The notes: generated from the sequence alone by a model not told the origin. A stretch of 64,000 nucleotides of DNA from Acidobacteriota bacterium (GCA_029263295.1 JAJCXT010000008.1:3825-67824); one strand, 5' to 3'. Positions 9,728 to 18,891 are shown, counted from the first letter of the stretch. Program-made: numbers and translations.

Positions 9728-11208
9728 CGTCTCTCAAGGGGATCTCGATCCTGACTCTGACCGCCGCCCTCGGCCTCGCGGGCAGCATGGCCGTACGCGC
9801 CGGCGCGCCGGCGTTCGCCGCACAGCAGGAACGAAGCATGTTCGCCGGGCAGCCGAGCCGCAACATGGTCTCGTCCGAGACGGGACTGCCGGACGAGTGG
9901 GACGTGCGCTCGGGCCTGAACGTGAAGTGGTCAGCCTCCGTCGGCTCGCAGACCTATGCGGGCCCGGTCGTCGCTGGCGGCAAGGTGTTCGTTGGCACCA
10001 ACAATGAGGGGCTCCGTAACCCCGACTTGCCCAACGACCGTGGTGTTGTCATGGCGTTCGACGCGGAGACCGGCGAGTTCCTGTGGCAGTACGCCACCGA
10101 CAAGCTGTCGGCGGGCCGGGTCAACGACTGGCCGTTGCAGGGTGTCTGCTCGACCCCTTACGTGGACGGCGACCGCCTCTGGTACGTGTCCAACCAGGCT
10201 CATGTCGTGTCCCTCGACACCGAAGGACACCGCGACGGCGAGAATGACGGCGCGGTGAAAGACGAGGTCCACAACTCGCCGATCGATGGCGACGTGCTCT
10301 GGTCGTACGACATGATCGGCGAGGTCGATGCCTTCCCGCACAACCTCGCAACCAGCTCGCCCCTGATAGTCGGCGACCTGGTGTTCGTATCGACCGGCAA
10401 TGGCGTGGATGAGGGACACATCAACGTTCCCTCGCCGTTCTCGCCCAGCTTCCTCGCGCTCAACAAGAACACTGGCGAGTTGGTGTGGGAGAACTCCGAC
10501 GCCGGCGAGGACATCCTGCACGGGACATGGACCAATCCCACCTACGCGGTGGTCGGCGGAACACCGATGGTGATCTTCCCGGGCGGCGACGGATGGGTGC
10601 GCGCGTTTGTGCCTGAGACGGGCGAGGTCATCTGGACGTTCGATGCCAACCCCAAGGACTCCGAATGGGCCCTGGGCGGCCGCGGCACGCGCAACAACAT
10701 CATTTCGACCGCCGTGGTCTACGACGACAAGATGTACATCGGCGTCGGTCAGGACCCCGAGCATGGTGAGGCACCTGGGCACTTCTGGGTCGTCGACATC
10801 AACGGCACCGGCGACATCACCGACAACGTGGTGTGGCATCGCGGTGGCGAGGAGTTCCATCGCACGATCTCGACAGCCGCGATCCAGGACGACATCCTCT
10901 ACATCTCTGACCTCTCCGGCTTCCTGTACGCGCTCGATGCGCAGACGGGCGAGCACTACTGGACCTACGACACCTTTGCGGCGGTCTGGGGATCGGCCTT
11001 CGTGGCCGACGGCAAGGTCTACCTCGGCGACGAGGACGGCGACATCATCGTGCTCGAGGCGGGCAAGGAAATGGTCGAGTTGAACGAGATGAACATGGGC
11101 GCCTCGGTCTACACCACCCCGTACGCGAAAGACGGTGTGCTGTACGTGCTGTCGCGCAACCGCCTGTTCGCGCTCGAGGTTGGCGCCCAGTCGGAGCCGA
11201 TGAACTAG
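9724..11208 (+). CDS. Secreted PQQ-like beta-propeller repeat protein
   Basis: ATGA overlap with the upstream gene; signal peptide; LNVKWSASVGSQTY, VFVGTNNE, FPHNLATSSPL, VYLGDEDG motifs. Confidence 0.85.
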   Translation: MTSLKGISILTLTAALGLAGSMAVRAGAPAFAAQQERSMFAGQPSRNMVSSETGLPDEWDVRSGLNVKWSASVGSQTYAGPVVAGGKVFVGTNNEGLRNPDLPNDRGVVMAFDAETGEFLWQYATDKLSAGRVNDWPLQGVCSTPYVDGDRLWYVSNQAHVVSLDTEGHRDGENDGAVKDEVHNSPIDGDVLWSYDMIGEVDAFPHNLATSSPLIVGDLVFVSTGNGVDEGHINVPSPFSPSFLALNKNTGELVWENSDAGEDILHGTWTNPTYAVVGGTPMVIFPGGDGWVRAFVPETGEVIWTFDANPKDSEWALGGRGTRNNIISTAVVYDDKMYIGVGQDPEHGEAPGHFWVVDINGTGDITDNVVWHRGGEEFHRTISTAAIQDDILYISDLSGFLYALDAQTGEHYWTYDTFAAVWGSAFVADGKVYLGDEDGDIIVLEAGKEMVELNEMNMGASVYTTPYAKDGVLYVLSRNRLFALEVGAQSEPMN

Positions 11209-11238
11209 GCGCGACCGTGGACGGCCGGCGGCAGCGGA

Positions 11239-13326
11239 TCAGGCGGCGCGGTGGAGCTTGTGAAAGAATTCCGCGTCCTCCGCCACGAGACCTTCGAGCG
11301 CTTCGGCGACATGTGCGTCGAAGTGACTGCCCGAACCCTCGCGGATGATGCTCATCACGCGTTCGATGGGCATGCCCTCACGATAGGGCCTGTCTGAGCT
11401 GCACGCGTCGAACACATCGGCCACGGCCACGATACGGGCGTTGGGGTCGAATTCCTCCGGCCCGATGCCGTAGGGGTAGCCGCGCCCATCCATGCGCTCG
11501 TGATGCTGGAGCACGATGGGCAGAACGTCGGCGTAGGCCCGGATGGGCTCGATGATGCGGGCGCCAATTACCGGGTGCGCCTTCATCGCGTCGTACTCCT
11601 CGTCGGTGAGCTTGCCCGGCTTGTCCAGGACCGCGTTGGGAACGCCGATCTTGCCGATATCGTGCAGGAGGCCACCACGGTTGATGATGTCCAGTCGGAC
11701 GGCGGATACGCCCATGTACGTACCGAGTCTCAGCGAGAGGCTGGTCACACGCTCCGAATGGCCGGTCGTCCAGGTGGACTTGGCATCGACCGCCCCAGCC
11801 AGTGCCAGCAGGGCGCCCTGCTTCATGTCGTCCAGTTCAGTCACCAGCGTGGCATTGGCCAGCGCCACACCAAGCTGATCGGCGACCTGTCGCAGTTGAG
11901 TGAGGTCATCGGTGTCCAGCGCAGCGCCCGAGGCGTCGCCCACGAGCAGCGCGGCGACACAATGGCCGTCGGTTTCGATGGGCATCGCTACGACCGTGCG
12001 CGCGCCATGGTGGAGCAGCGGCGCAGCGCAGGCGGGCATGGCTGCCGGATCACCGAACACGACCCAGTGTCCATGTCCGGCTGCCAGCTTCGCTTCCATC
12101 TCGCCAATCACACGCTCGCTGTGCAACAGACCCATCTCGCCGCCCACGTACACCGTGGCCTCCTCGGGCGACTCGCCGGCCATGGCCACGCCGAACACGA
12201 GATCCGGATAGGTCTTCTGCAGGGCACCCAGGGTGCGGGTCCGGACCGTGTCCATTTCCACCGACGACAGAATGGCGCGATCGATCTCCGCCACAGTCGA
12301 CAGGTGGGCAAACTGGCTCTCGAGCCGCGACGACATGAAGTTGAACGACTCTCCCAGTTCGCGAAATTCGTCATTACTGTTGATCTGGACGCGGTGCGTG
12401 AAGTCCCGCTCACTTATCCGTTTCGTCGCCGCGAACAGGTCGTCCAGCGGCGTCAGACTGCGCCGGATCTGGCTGATCGAGAGCAACAGTACGATCCAGA
12501 GGCTGGTGAGCCCCAGGAGCACGTATTCGCGGCCGAAGCCGGCAGCCCGCTGCATGGCGGTGGTCTTCTCGGTTAGCGAGATGAGCACCAGACCGGGATG
12601 ACCGAAGTTGTGCCGCAGCGGCAACGACCAGCGTCCGCCGAAGTAGTCCATGCCCAGAATCTTGGTATCGAACTGCCTGCCGGCGGCCCTGGAGCCAATG
12701 ATCGACAGCGTGTTCGTGTACTCAGTCGCCAACGTCGACAACAGCGGCGCACCGGCCGGGGTGAGCACGATGACGTCGGTATTGCTCGGTAGAACAGCCT
12801 GCAGGCCCGCCCCCCAGCCGTAGCCGGGCTCTATCGCGGCCACAAGGTGCGTACCGTCGGCGAGCGGATACCAGATGACGGCTGCCGTCGACTCGGACTC
12901 CAGCGCCCGAGGGAAGGTGATCGCCGGAAGGCCGGCGGCCAGCCGCGCCTGGTCGACGGGGCGTAGTCCGGCCAGGGAGAACTCGGCACCCACGCGCGCA
13001 GCGAGTCGCTCGCCATCGACGTGAACGATACCGACGAGGCGGTCCGGAAACTCCTGAACCATCGTCAGGGGCAGACCCTGATCGAGCCGTTCGCCAGCAA
13101 ACTCGAGCTCCTCGAGAACAAACAGGAAGCGCTCGAGCATCGACATGCCGAGGTTCTTCGTGGCGTCATGCAGCCGCTCGCGTGCCTGCCCCTCGAGGTC
13201 CGCACGCGCTGCCCGATAAGACACGACTGCCAGCGCGGTCACCGGCAGCACAGCGCATAGCGCGAACACGCCGAGCATGCGGCGGCCAAGCCGGCTGGTC
13301 AGGTAGTGCGTTCCCGTGTAGGCCAT
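11239..13326 (-). CDS. Membrane HD-GYP cyclic-dinucleotide phosphodiesterase (TM-periplasmic sensor-TM-HAMP-GAF-HD-GYP)
   Basis: Two TM segments; HAMP (PLDDL..DEFRELGESFNFM); GAF-like region; intact TGHSERV, LLHDIGKIG, HHERMDGRGYP and ADVFDA..RPYR motifs. Confidence 0.9.
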   Translation of the reverse strand: MAYTGTHYLTSRLGRRMLGVFALCAVLPVTALAVVSYRAARADLEGQARERLHDATKNLGMSMLERFLFVLEELEFAGERLDQGLPLTMVQEFPDRLVGIVHVDGERLAARVGAEFSLAGLRPVDQARLAAGLPAITFPRALESESTAAVIWYPLADGTHLVAAIEPGYGWGAGLQAVLPSNTDVIVLTPAGAPLLSTLATEYTNTLSIIGSRAAGRQFDTKILGMDYFGGRWSLPLRHNFGHPGLVLISLTEKTTAMQRAAGFGREYVLLGLTSLWIVLLLSISQIRRSLTPLDDLFAATKRISERDFTHRVQINSNDEFRELGESFNFMSSRLESQFAHLSTVAEIDRAILSSVEMDTVRTRTLGALQKTYPDLVFGVAMAGESPEEATVYVGGEMGLLHSERVIGEMEAKLAAGHGHWVVFGDPAAMPACAAPLLHHGARTVVAMPIETDGHCVAALLVGDASGAALDTDDLTQLRQVADQLGVALANATLVTELDDMKQGALLALAGAVDAKSTWTTGHSERVTSLSLRLGTYMGVSAVRLDIINRGGLLHDIGKIGVPNAVLDKPGKLTDEEYDAMKAHPVIGARIIEPIRAYADVLPIVLQHHERMDGRGYPYGIGPEEFDPNARIVAVADVFDACSSDRPYREGMPIERVMSIIREGSGSHFDAHVAEALEGLVAEDAEFFHKLHRAA

Positions 13327-13818
13327 CTAGAACTCCGAGGCCGGGCCGACATAGATGCCGTTGTTGGCGCGGATGATGTCGTCGGCCGACACGGGAGTGT
13401 TGAGCGGTGCCAGAGTCTGCCCGTCGGGGCCCATGCTGTAGAGGTCATAGTCGGAGTTCAACGGCACGAGGAAGCGATCCTTCCTGAGACCCCCGACGCC
13501 GTTGCGACCCTCGATCACCAGGTACCGATACGCGCCACCCCACGGGTCGATCTGGCCATCGAGTCCAGCCTCCGCCAGCGAGGTAGGGTAACGCCCGTTC
13601 AGGTCCCGATAGCGCTGCAGATCGAGGCTGATCGCGGTAATGACCATCGAGGCCTCGGTGACCCTGCCGCGTTCACGAGCGTCGATCAGCGACGGGACCA
13701 CGATCGCCGACAGCGTCGCGATCAAGGCGGTGACAATCATCATTTCCAGCAGCGAGAAACCCGAGCTTTCGTTGCACCATCTCGAGAACCGGCTCGCGCG
13801 GGCCACGGGCGCCTTCAT
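13327..13818 (-). CDS. Prepilin-type protein, GspG-like pseudopilin
   Basis: Type III signal G|FSLLEMMIV; DPWGGAYRY and YDLYSMGPDG motifs of GspG-like pilins; ATG 13818 overlaps the upstream stop. Confidence 0.85.
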   Translation of the reverse strand: MKAPVARASRFSRWCNESSGFSLLEMMIVTALIATLSAIVVPSLIDARERGRVTEASMVITAISLDLQRYRDLNGRYPTSLAEAGLDGQIDPWGGAYRYLVIEGRNGVGGLRKDRFLVPLNSDYDLYSMGPDGQTLAPLNTPVSADDIIRANNGIYVGPASEF

Positions 13819-14198
13819 GGCCTGCCCGCCTTGAGCCACTCGAAGCTCGACTGATTGTGCAGCCGAATCGTCGAGTTGGATGCGTCGTAGTGGAAGGCAA
13901 ACTGCATGTCCGCGCCATCGACGAGATAGGTGACTCTGAACAGGCGCCCGCGAGGATGGGGCTCCGTGGTGACGCGAGTAATCGAGTACACCTCCAGGCC
14001 ATCGCCACCGGTGCCGAAGCGGAGAATCTCGGTCTGGATCTCGAAGAAGCGATCCGCATAACGAGGCTCGGTGGTCGCCCAGCGACCAAGGACCTCCGCC
14101 GGGAGATTCTCGCTCGGGGTCGCGCAGCCGCTCGCTAGCAGGCCGAAGGCGAGGATCAGCCCTGCCAGGTAGAAACAGGAGCCGCGTCTGGCCATCAT
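13815..14198 (-). CDS. Hypothetical lipoprotein
   Basis: Lipobox LASG|C and a small beta-rich domain; overlaps both neighbours, consistent with translational coupling. Confidence 0.7.
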   Translation of the reverse strand: MMARRGSCFYLAGLILAFGLLASGCATPSENLPAEVLGRWATTEPRYADRFFEIQTEILRFGTGGDGLEVYSITRVTTEPHPRGRLFRVTYLVDGADMQFAFHYDASNSTIRLHNQSSFEWLKAGRP

Positions 14199-15532
14199 CA
14201 GTGCTCCTCGCGCCACTCGATGGCGAGCAGGCCGCCGCCGCTACCGCCCCAGGCCAGCGCCGTGTCGAGATCGGGCCAGATGACCGTGTTGTCAGTCAAG
14301 TGCGTCCCTTCGGCGACCCGGTTCAGCAGGCTGAAGTTATCGGCCGCGTCCTCGACCACGACGACTCCGTTCAGCGTCGATGCGCCCTGCATCTTCAGTT
14401 GCTCATGAACGATGAGGCTGCCCCGATAGTCCGATACCCCGCTGACGAAGACGTCCCCGCCGGTCACTGCCAGCAGGCCGCCGTAGCGCGAGTTCAGATG
14501 GAAGTCGCCGGCGAATTCCACGGATCCTTCCGCGAACAGAGACAGCTCGACCGGGGCGCCCGCCGTGCCCCCAGAGCCGGCCACCTTGACGCTACCTTCC
14601 ACATAGAATGCGCCCGCATCGCCGCTGGCAGGGTCATCGAGCAGCCAGTCGCCGGAGCCCTGATAGTGCCAATTGCCCCACGGGTTCGTGCCGCCAACGG
14701 TGTCGAACTGCACCGTCCCGTCGGGAAGGCAGATCTTGCCGTCGACGCTCAGCGTGTACTCGGCGTACTGGGCGAACTCAGCCGGGTCGACAGGGGAGAT
14801 GTCCGTGGGCGGTTGACCGTCGTGGGCCATCTCGTAGTCGTTGACCGCGGCGGCATCCAGAACGCTGCCCTGAATCTCGGGGTTACTGGAGTAGATGTCG
14901 AAGAGGCCAGCCGACCAGGCGCCGCCGTCGACACGGCGGTTGTTGATCGACACGTTGTCATTGGAGAACACGGACGACAGGGCACCAACCAACTCGACGC
15001 CCGCGTCGATCGTCACGTCGTTGTTCGTGAGGACTCCGTAAGGCGGAGCCCATCCAGCGCCCGCTCCATCCTCGAGCACGACCCTGACCGTCTGCGTGAC
15101 CCCGCGTATCGCCCCGGTTGCGAGCAGATGGTAGCGGCCGTCAGCGTCCACGCTGGTGTCGCTGTCACCGTCGTCGTTGTCGGTTAGCACCGCGGTGTAC
15201 GAACCGCCAGCAGCTCCTATGGCGATCGCGCTGGCGCCAATCACGAGCCCGTCGTCGGTGGTGCCCGCGGTGCCATCGGTACCGGCCAGCAGACCGGCAA
15301 GATCACCCTCAGCGGCAGTGATCTCGAGCATCGCATGTTCGATGCCCGACTCTGCCAGCGCCAGTGCCTGGGCCTGGCGCAGGCTGTTGTTGGCCAGCGA
15401 CCACTCGACGCTGCCAACGATCATGCTGGAGAAGGTGAGCACCGTGAGACACATGACCAGCAGCAGGGAAATCAGGATGCTGCCGCGGCAATCAGTGCGC
15501 GCGCGAAGGCGTGTGTCAGACGACGGCAACAT
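14198..15532 (-). CDS. PilX-like minor pilin with acidic beta-rich C-terminal domain
   Basis: RG|SILISLLLV leader lacking Glu5; QALALAESGIEHA PilX N-terminal motif; ends IEWREE. Confidence 0.8.
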   Translation of the reverse strand: MLPSSDTRLRARTDCRGSILISLLLVMCLTVLTFSSMIVGSVEWSLANNSLRQAQALALAESGIEHAMLEITAAEGDLAGLLAGTDGTAGTTDDGLVIGASAIAIGAAGGSYTAVLTDNDDGDSDTSVDADGRYHLLATGAIRGVTQTVRVVLEDGAGAGWAPPYGVLTNNDVTIDAGVELVGALSSVFSNDNVSINNRRVDGGAWSAGLFDIYSSNPEIQGSVLDAAAVNDYEMAHDGQPPTDISPVDPAEFAQYAEYTLSVDGKICLPDGTVQFDTVGGTNPWGNWHYQGSGDWLLDDPASGDAGAFYVEGSVKVAGSGGTAGAPVELSLFAEGSVEFAGDFHLNSRYGGLLAVTGGDVFVSGVSDYRGSLIVHEQLKMQGASTLNGVVVVEDAADNFSLLNRVAEGTHLTDNTVIWPDLDTALAWGGSGGGLLAIEWREEH

Positions 15533-15533
15533 C

Positions 15534-16217
15534 TCAGCCCCCGTCCACGAGTTTGGTCAGGAAGGCGTCCTGGTTGCGCACCAGAACATCAGCGAAAGAC
15601 TGGTAACTTGGTGTGGCCTCGCCCTGAATCGCCCGGGCCGCATCGGCGAGCGCCACCGAGACACGAATCGATCGCACCTGGTCGCGCTGGGCCTCGGCAA
15701 GGCTTCCTCCGCCGGCGGTGATCTCGGCGCCCGCCGCATCGAAGTACCGGAAAGAGGCCGCGGTCACGTTCTGGGCCACGGGTGTGTACGGGATCTCCTG
15801 CACCCAGACACCGGAAACCCAACACTGGACACGGCGCTCGATCCGCCCGGTGGCAACGCGGTAGGTGACCTGTTCCACACCGTCGTCGCCCACCTCGAGC
15901 GTGCAGGGCCGGTCGCTGCTGCCGCGATCCAGGTCGAGCGCGATCGTCAGCTCCGTCGCACTGGCCTGAGAGATGCCTTCGAGCGAACCGACGATGCCGT
16001 GACCGGCGCCGCGAACCTCGTCGCCCATGCGCATCAGCAACACGCGTGCCTCTTGGCGCAGCGACATGGTCGAAGCCATCGTGGCGTGGCTGAGGTGCAC
16101 GCGTACGAGAATCTGGGTTACGGCCAGATAGATCACCGCCATGATCCCGATGGCGATCATCATCTCGATGAGGGAGAAGCCCCTCTCGTCGCGACGTAGG
16201 GGCGGGCGTGTGATCAA
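15534..16217 (-). CDS. PilW/GspJ-like minor pilin
   Basis: RG|FSLIEMMIAI cleavage motif; EVRGAG, VTYRV, FRYFDAAG and C-terminal VRN motifs. Confidence 0.82.
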   Translation of the reverse strand: MITRPPLRRDERGFSLIEMMIAIGIMAVIYLAVTQILVRVHLSHATMASTMSLRQEARVLLMRMGDEVRGAGHGIVGSLEGISQASATELTIALDLDRGSSDRPCTLEVGDDGVEQVTYRVATGRIERRVQCWVSGVWVQEIPYTPVAQNVTAASFRYFDAAGAEITAGGGSLAEAQRDQVRSIRVSVALADAARAIQGEATPSYQSFADVLVRNQDAFLTKLVDGG

Positions 16218-16648
16218 CCGCCACCTCCACCGCCAGACAGGGCAGTCCGACTGGCAAGCACGAAGTCGATCCCGGCCCGCCGAGCGTCGACACTATCGCG
16301 CTCGAAGGCCACCACCGTGATGGTCTTGGTCGACACTACGGGCTCGGCGTTGCGGACGGTCCACTCGCGCGTAACGACCCGACCGTCCGGAAGCATGCAT
16401 TCGTCCTGTCCGGCTGCGACACCCGCGTAGCCGATCGCGCGAAGTTCTTCGACCTTGGCCTGTGCGGCCCACATGGCGTGGTCGAGTTCACCTGCGTCGC
16501 CGTTGAGTTTGAGCGCACCGATTTCCAGCGCCACCATGAATGGCACTGTCAGCAGAATCAGCACAACCGAAACGAGCACTTCAAGAAGGGACATCCCCTC
16601 CTCGCGTGCCCCGCGTCGGCAGACACGTTGGCCGTCACCAGCCCGCAT
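16214..16648 (-). CDS. PilV/GspI-like minor pilin
   Basis: EG|MSLLEVLVSVVL; AQAKVEELR; AGGAGG RBS before ATG 16648. Confidence 0.8.
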   Translation of the reverse strand: MRAGDGQRVCRRGAREEGMSLLEVLVSVVLILLTVPFMVALEIGALKLNGDAGELDHAMWAAQAKVEELRAIGYAGVAAGQDECMLPDGRVVTREWTVRNAEPVVSTKTITVVAFERDSVDARRAGIDFVLASRTALSGGGGGG

Positions 16649-16763
16649 ACGGGGTCCTCCTGTCATGCAGCTTACGCCCACAACTAATTATGCGCGGCCC
16701 ACGGTAGCTTCTCGAAGCCTCAAAACCTCTCTTATAGCCAGAATTAGTGATTTCTGCCCATTA

Positions 16764-16780
16764 ATGATCACTTTGATCAT
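16764..16780. promoter_or_regulatory. Palindromic operator-like site ATGATCA-CTT-TGATCAT
   Basis: Perfect 7-bp arms in the AT-rich divergent region between the pilin operon and a PQQ-like gene. Confidence 0.45.
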
Positions 16781-16849
16781 GAAAAGCGGCGGCCGAAATC
16801 GGGTCCACTGGCCAATCTCACGATTCAGCCACCGATTTCGACCGCCGCT
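16781..16849 (-). terminator. Terminator/attenuator-like hairpin upstream of the pilin operon
   Basis: 18-bp inverted repeat (16785-16802 / 16832-16849); its single mismatch is G-U on the minus strand, where a short U-run follows the stem. Confidence 0.4.
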
Positions 16850-17077
16850 GCGAGCAGGCAGGAATGGCCTCCCGCCAGTGGAGAGCGCTTCTTGGGTCGA
16901 GGTGTTTAGTAATCTCGCTTCCACTGCCACCACGGTAGAAGCACCCGGCGTGCAAGGCTTGATGAAGACCTTCGCTTTGTCGGAGGAATCCTTGATGAAG
17001 CCCGCGGGCGCCTGTAGCGTGGCGACCAGACCTCGTGCACACGAGCCACGACCGTTCTGACCGCGTTCCCCGATCAG

Positions 17078-18439
17078 ATGGAGTTCCCGTTGATTCGACA
17101 TCGCAACGCCCTAGGCCTGCTCCTGGCTGTCTCGCTCTTGGCACCAGCGGCAACCACCGCCTTGCGGGCCGCGCCGGATAACAACTGGCCCGCGCTGGGT
17201 GGTCCCGAAGGGACGTCGATCTCGTCCGAAACAGGGTTGCCGATCGAATGGAGCCCCACCAAGAACGTCGCGTGGAAGACACCCATCGCAGGGCGTGGCT
17301 ACTCATCGCCGGTCGTCTGGGGCAATCGCATCTTCCTGACGACAGCGATCAAGGGCGAAGAGAGCCCGGGCCACGAGCCTGCCGAGCACATCCTCGGCGG
17401 TAACCCCTTCCTGCACCCGGACGCGGTCGACGCCGAGTTCAGCCACCAGTACCGGGTACTGGCGATCGACGTCGGCAGTGGCGACATCGTCTGGGACCGG
17501 CTCGCCGGCGAAGGCCTCCCCTACGACGATCGCCACCGAATGAGTTCCTACGCGGCGCCAACCGTGGCAACCGACGGTGAGCTCGTGTACGCGTACTTCG
17601 GCACGCCGGGGCTGTTCGCGTACGATTTCGAAGGCAGCATGGTGTGGTCGGCCAAGGTCGGCGACATCCCAACCCTCGGCATGGGTGTCGGCACCTCGCC
17701 CGTTCTCGCTGGTGATCTCGTAATCATCCAGGCCGATGAGGATCTCGGCGACCACTCGGCGATCGTCGCGTTCGACAAGAAGACCGGCGCGGAGGCGTGG
17801 CGCGTCAGCCGGCCTGTGTCGGTCACATGGGCCACGCCGACACTCGTGACTGGGACCGCGCGTGACGAGTTGGTGGCCATCGGCAACGAATGGATCATCT
17901 CCTACGACCCAGTGACCGGCGACGAACTCTGGCGCATGCAGGGCCTGGAAGCCAACGCCATCCATCGGCCGCTCATCCACGGCGACACCATCATCGCCAC
18001 GGCCGGCTACCCGCAGAAGGCCATCAAGGCGGTAAAGCTCGGTGGCAGTGGCGATCTCACCGACACCGACTACCTGGCCTGGGCCTACAACAAAGGCACC
18101 GCGTACATACCCTCCAACCTCGCCTACGACGGCTATGTCTACCTGCTGAACGACCAGGGCATCCTCACGTGCCTGGATGCCGACACGGGCAAGATTATCT
18201 ACGAGGGTGGCCGCATGCCGGTGGCGCAGCGCTTCTCGGCCTCGCCGGTGGCCTTCGACGGCAAGTTCCTGATGTCGGGCAACGACGGCGACGTGTTCGT
18301 GATCCAGGCCGGCCCGGAATTCGAGGTCCTGTCGGTCAACTCGATGGGCGAGGGGATCTGGGCGAGTCCCGCGATCGCCAACGGCCGCATCTACATCCGC
18401 ACGCTCGACCACCTGTGGGCGATCGAGAAGATGGATTGA
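17078..18439 (+). CDS. Secreted PQQ-like beta-propeller repeat protein
   Basis: Signal peptide; NWPALGGP, GYSSPVVWG, YAAPTVATDG, ASPAIANGRIYIRT. Confidence 0.85.
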   Translation: MEFPLIRHRNALGLLLAVSLLAPAATTALRAAPDNNWPALGGPEGTSISSETGLPIEWSPTKNVAWKTPIAGRGYSSPVVWGNRIFLTTAIKGEESPGHEPAEHILGGNPFLHPDAVDAEFSHQYRVLAIDVGSGDIVWDRLAGEGLPYDDRHRMSSYAAPTVATDGELVYAYFGTPGLFAYDFEGSMVWSAKVGDIPTLGMGVGTSPVLAGDLVIIQADEDLGDHSAIVAFDKKTGAEAWRVSRPVSVTWATPTLVTGTARDELVAIGNEWIISYDPVTGDELWRMQGLEANAIHRPLIHGDTIIATAGYPQKAIKAVKLGGSGDLTDTDYLAWAYNKGTAYIPSNLAYDGYVYLLNDQGILTCLDADTGKIIYEGGRMPVAQRFSASPVAFDGKFLMSGNDGDVFVIQAGPEFEVLSVNSMGEGIWASPAIANGRIYIRTLDHLWAIEKMD

Positions 18440-18891
18440 GTCGCCCCGAGGTCTGCGTCCAGGTGAAGCGTCTCGCCGGTTCGGAAGACCTACCGCTGCC
18501 CGAATACCAGACTGCCGATTCGGCGGCGGTAGATCTGCACGCCGCGGTCACCGAAGCCGTGGAGTTGCAGCCCGGCGACATCAAGCTGATCCCGAGCGGG
18601 TTGGCGATCGCGCTACCGCCGGGCTATGAGGCACAGGTCCGGCCACGCTCGGGCCTGGCGGTAAAACACGGCCTGAGCCTGCCGAACACTCCAGCGACGA
18701 TAGACGCCGACTACCGCGGCGAGATCCGAGTGCCGATGATCAACCACGGCAAAGCCGCCTTCACGATCGAGCGCGGCATGCGCATCGCACAGATGTTGGT
18801 AACTCCGGTCCCGCGCATCGTGTGGGACGTTGTCGATGAACTTCCCGACTCGACCCGCGGCGCCGGCGGCTTCGGCCACACCGGCAGCTAG
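18436..18891 (+). CDS. dut: Trimeric dUTP diphosphatase
   Basis: Motifs AAVDL, RPRSGLA, TIDADYRGEI, RIAQML, RGAGGFGHTG. TTG 18436 overlaps the upstream stop (alternative GTG 18463). Confidence 0.95.
   Translation: MSRPEVCVQVKRLAGSEDLPLPEYQTADSAAVDLHAAVTEAVELQPGDIKLIPSGLAIALPPGYEAQVRPRSGLAVKHGLSLPNTPATIDADYRGEIRVPMINHGKAAFTIERGMRIAQMLVTPVPRIVWDVVDELPDSTRGAGGFGHTGS

Noticed and set aside
16850-17040. c-di-GMP-I riboswitch upstream of the pilin operon
   Set aside because: Only fragments (ACAAAGC, CTAAAC) are present; the GGCAAA/GNRA/GCAAAG architecture cannot be built.
16688-17101. 137-aa minus-strand ORF in the pilin leader
   Set aside because: No RBS or motif, atypical composition, and it overlaps regulatory-looking palindromes and the next gene's start.
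17890-18435. Apparent N-terminal extensions on dut (also on the helicase, ADOP 23244, and VPS10 51766 and 35993)
   Set aside because: They come from taking the most upstream start; RBS, signal peptides or stop/start overlaps indicate the downstream starts.
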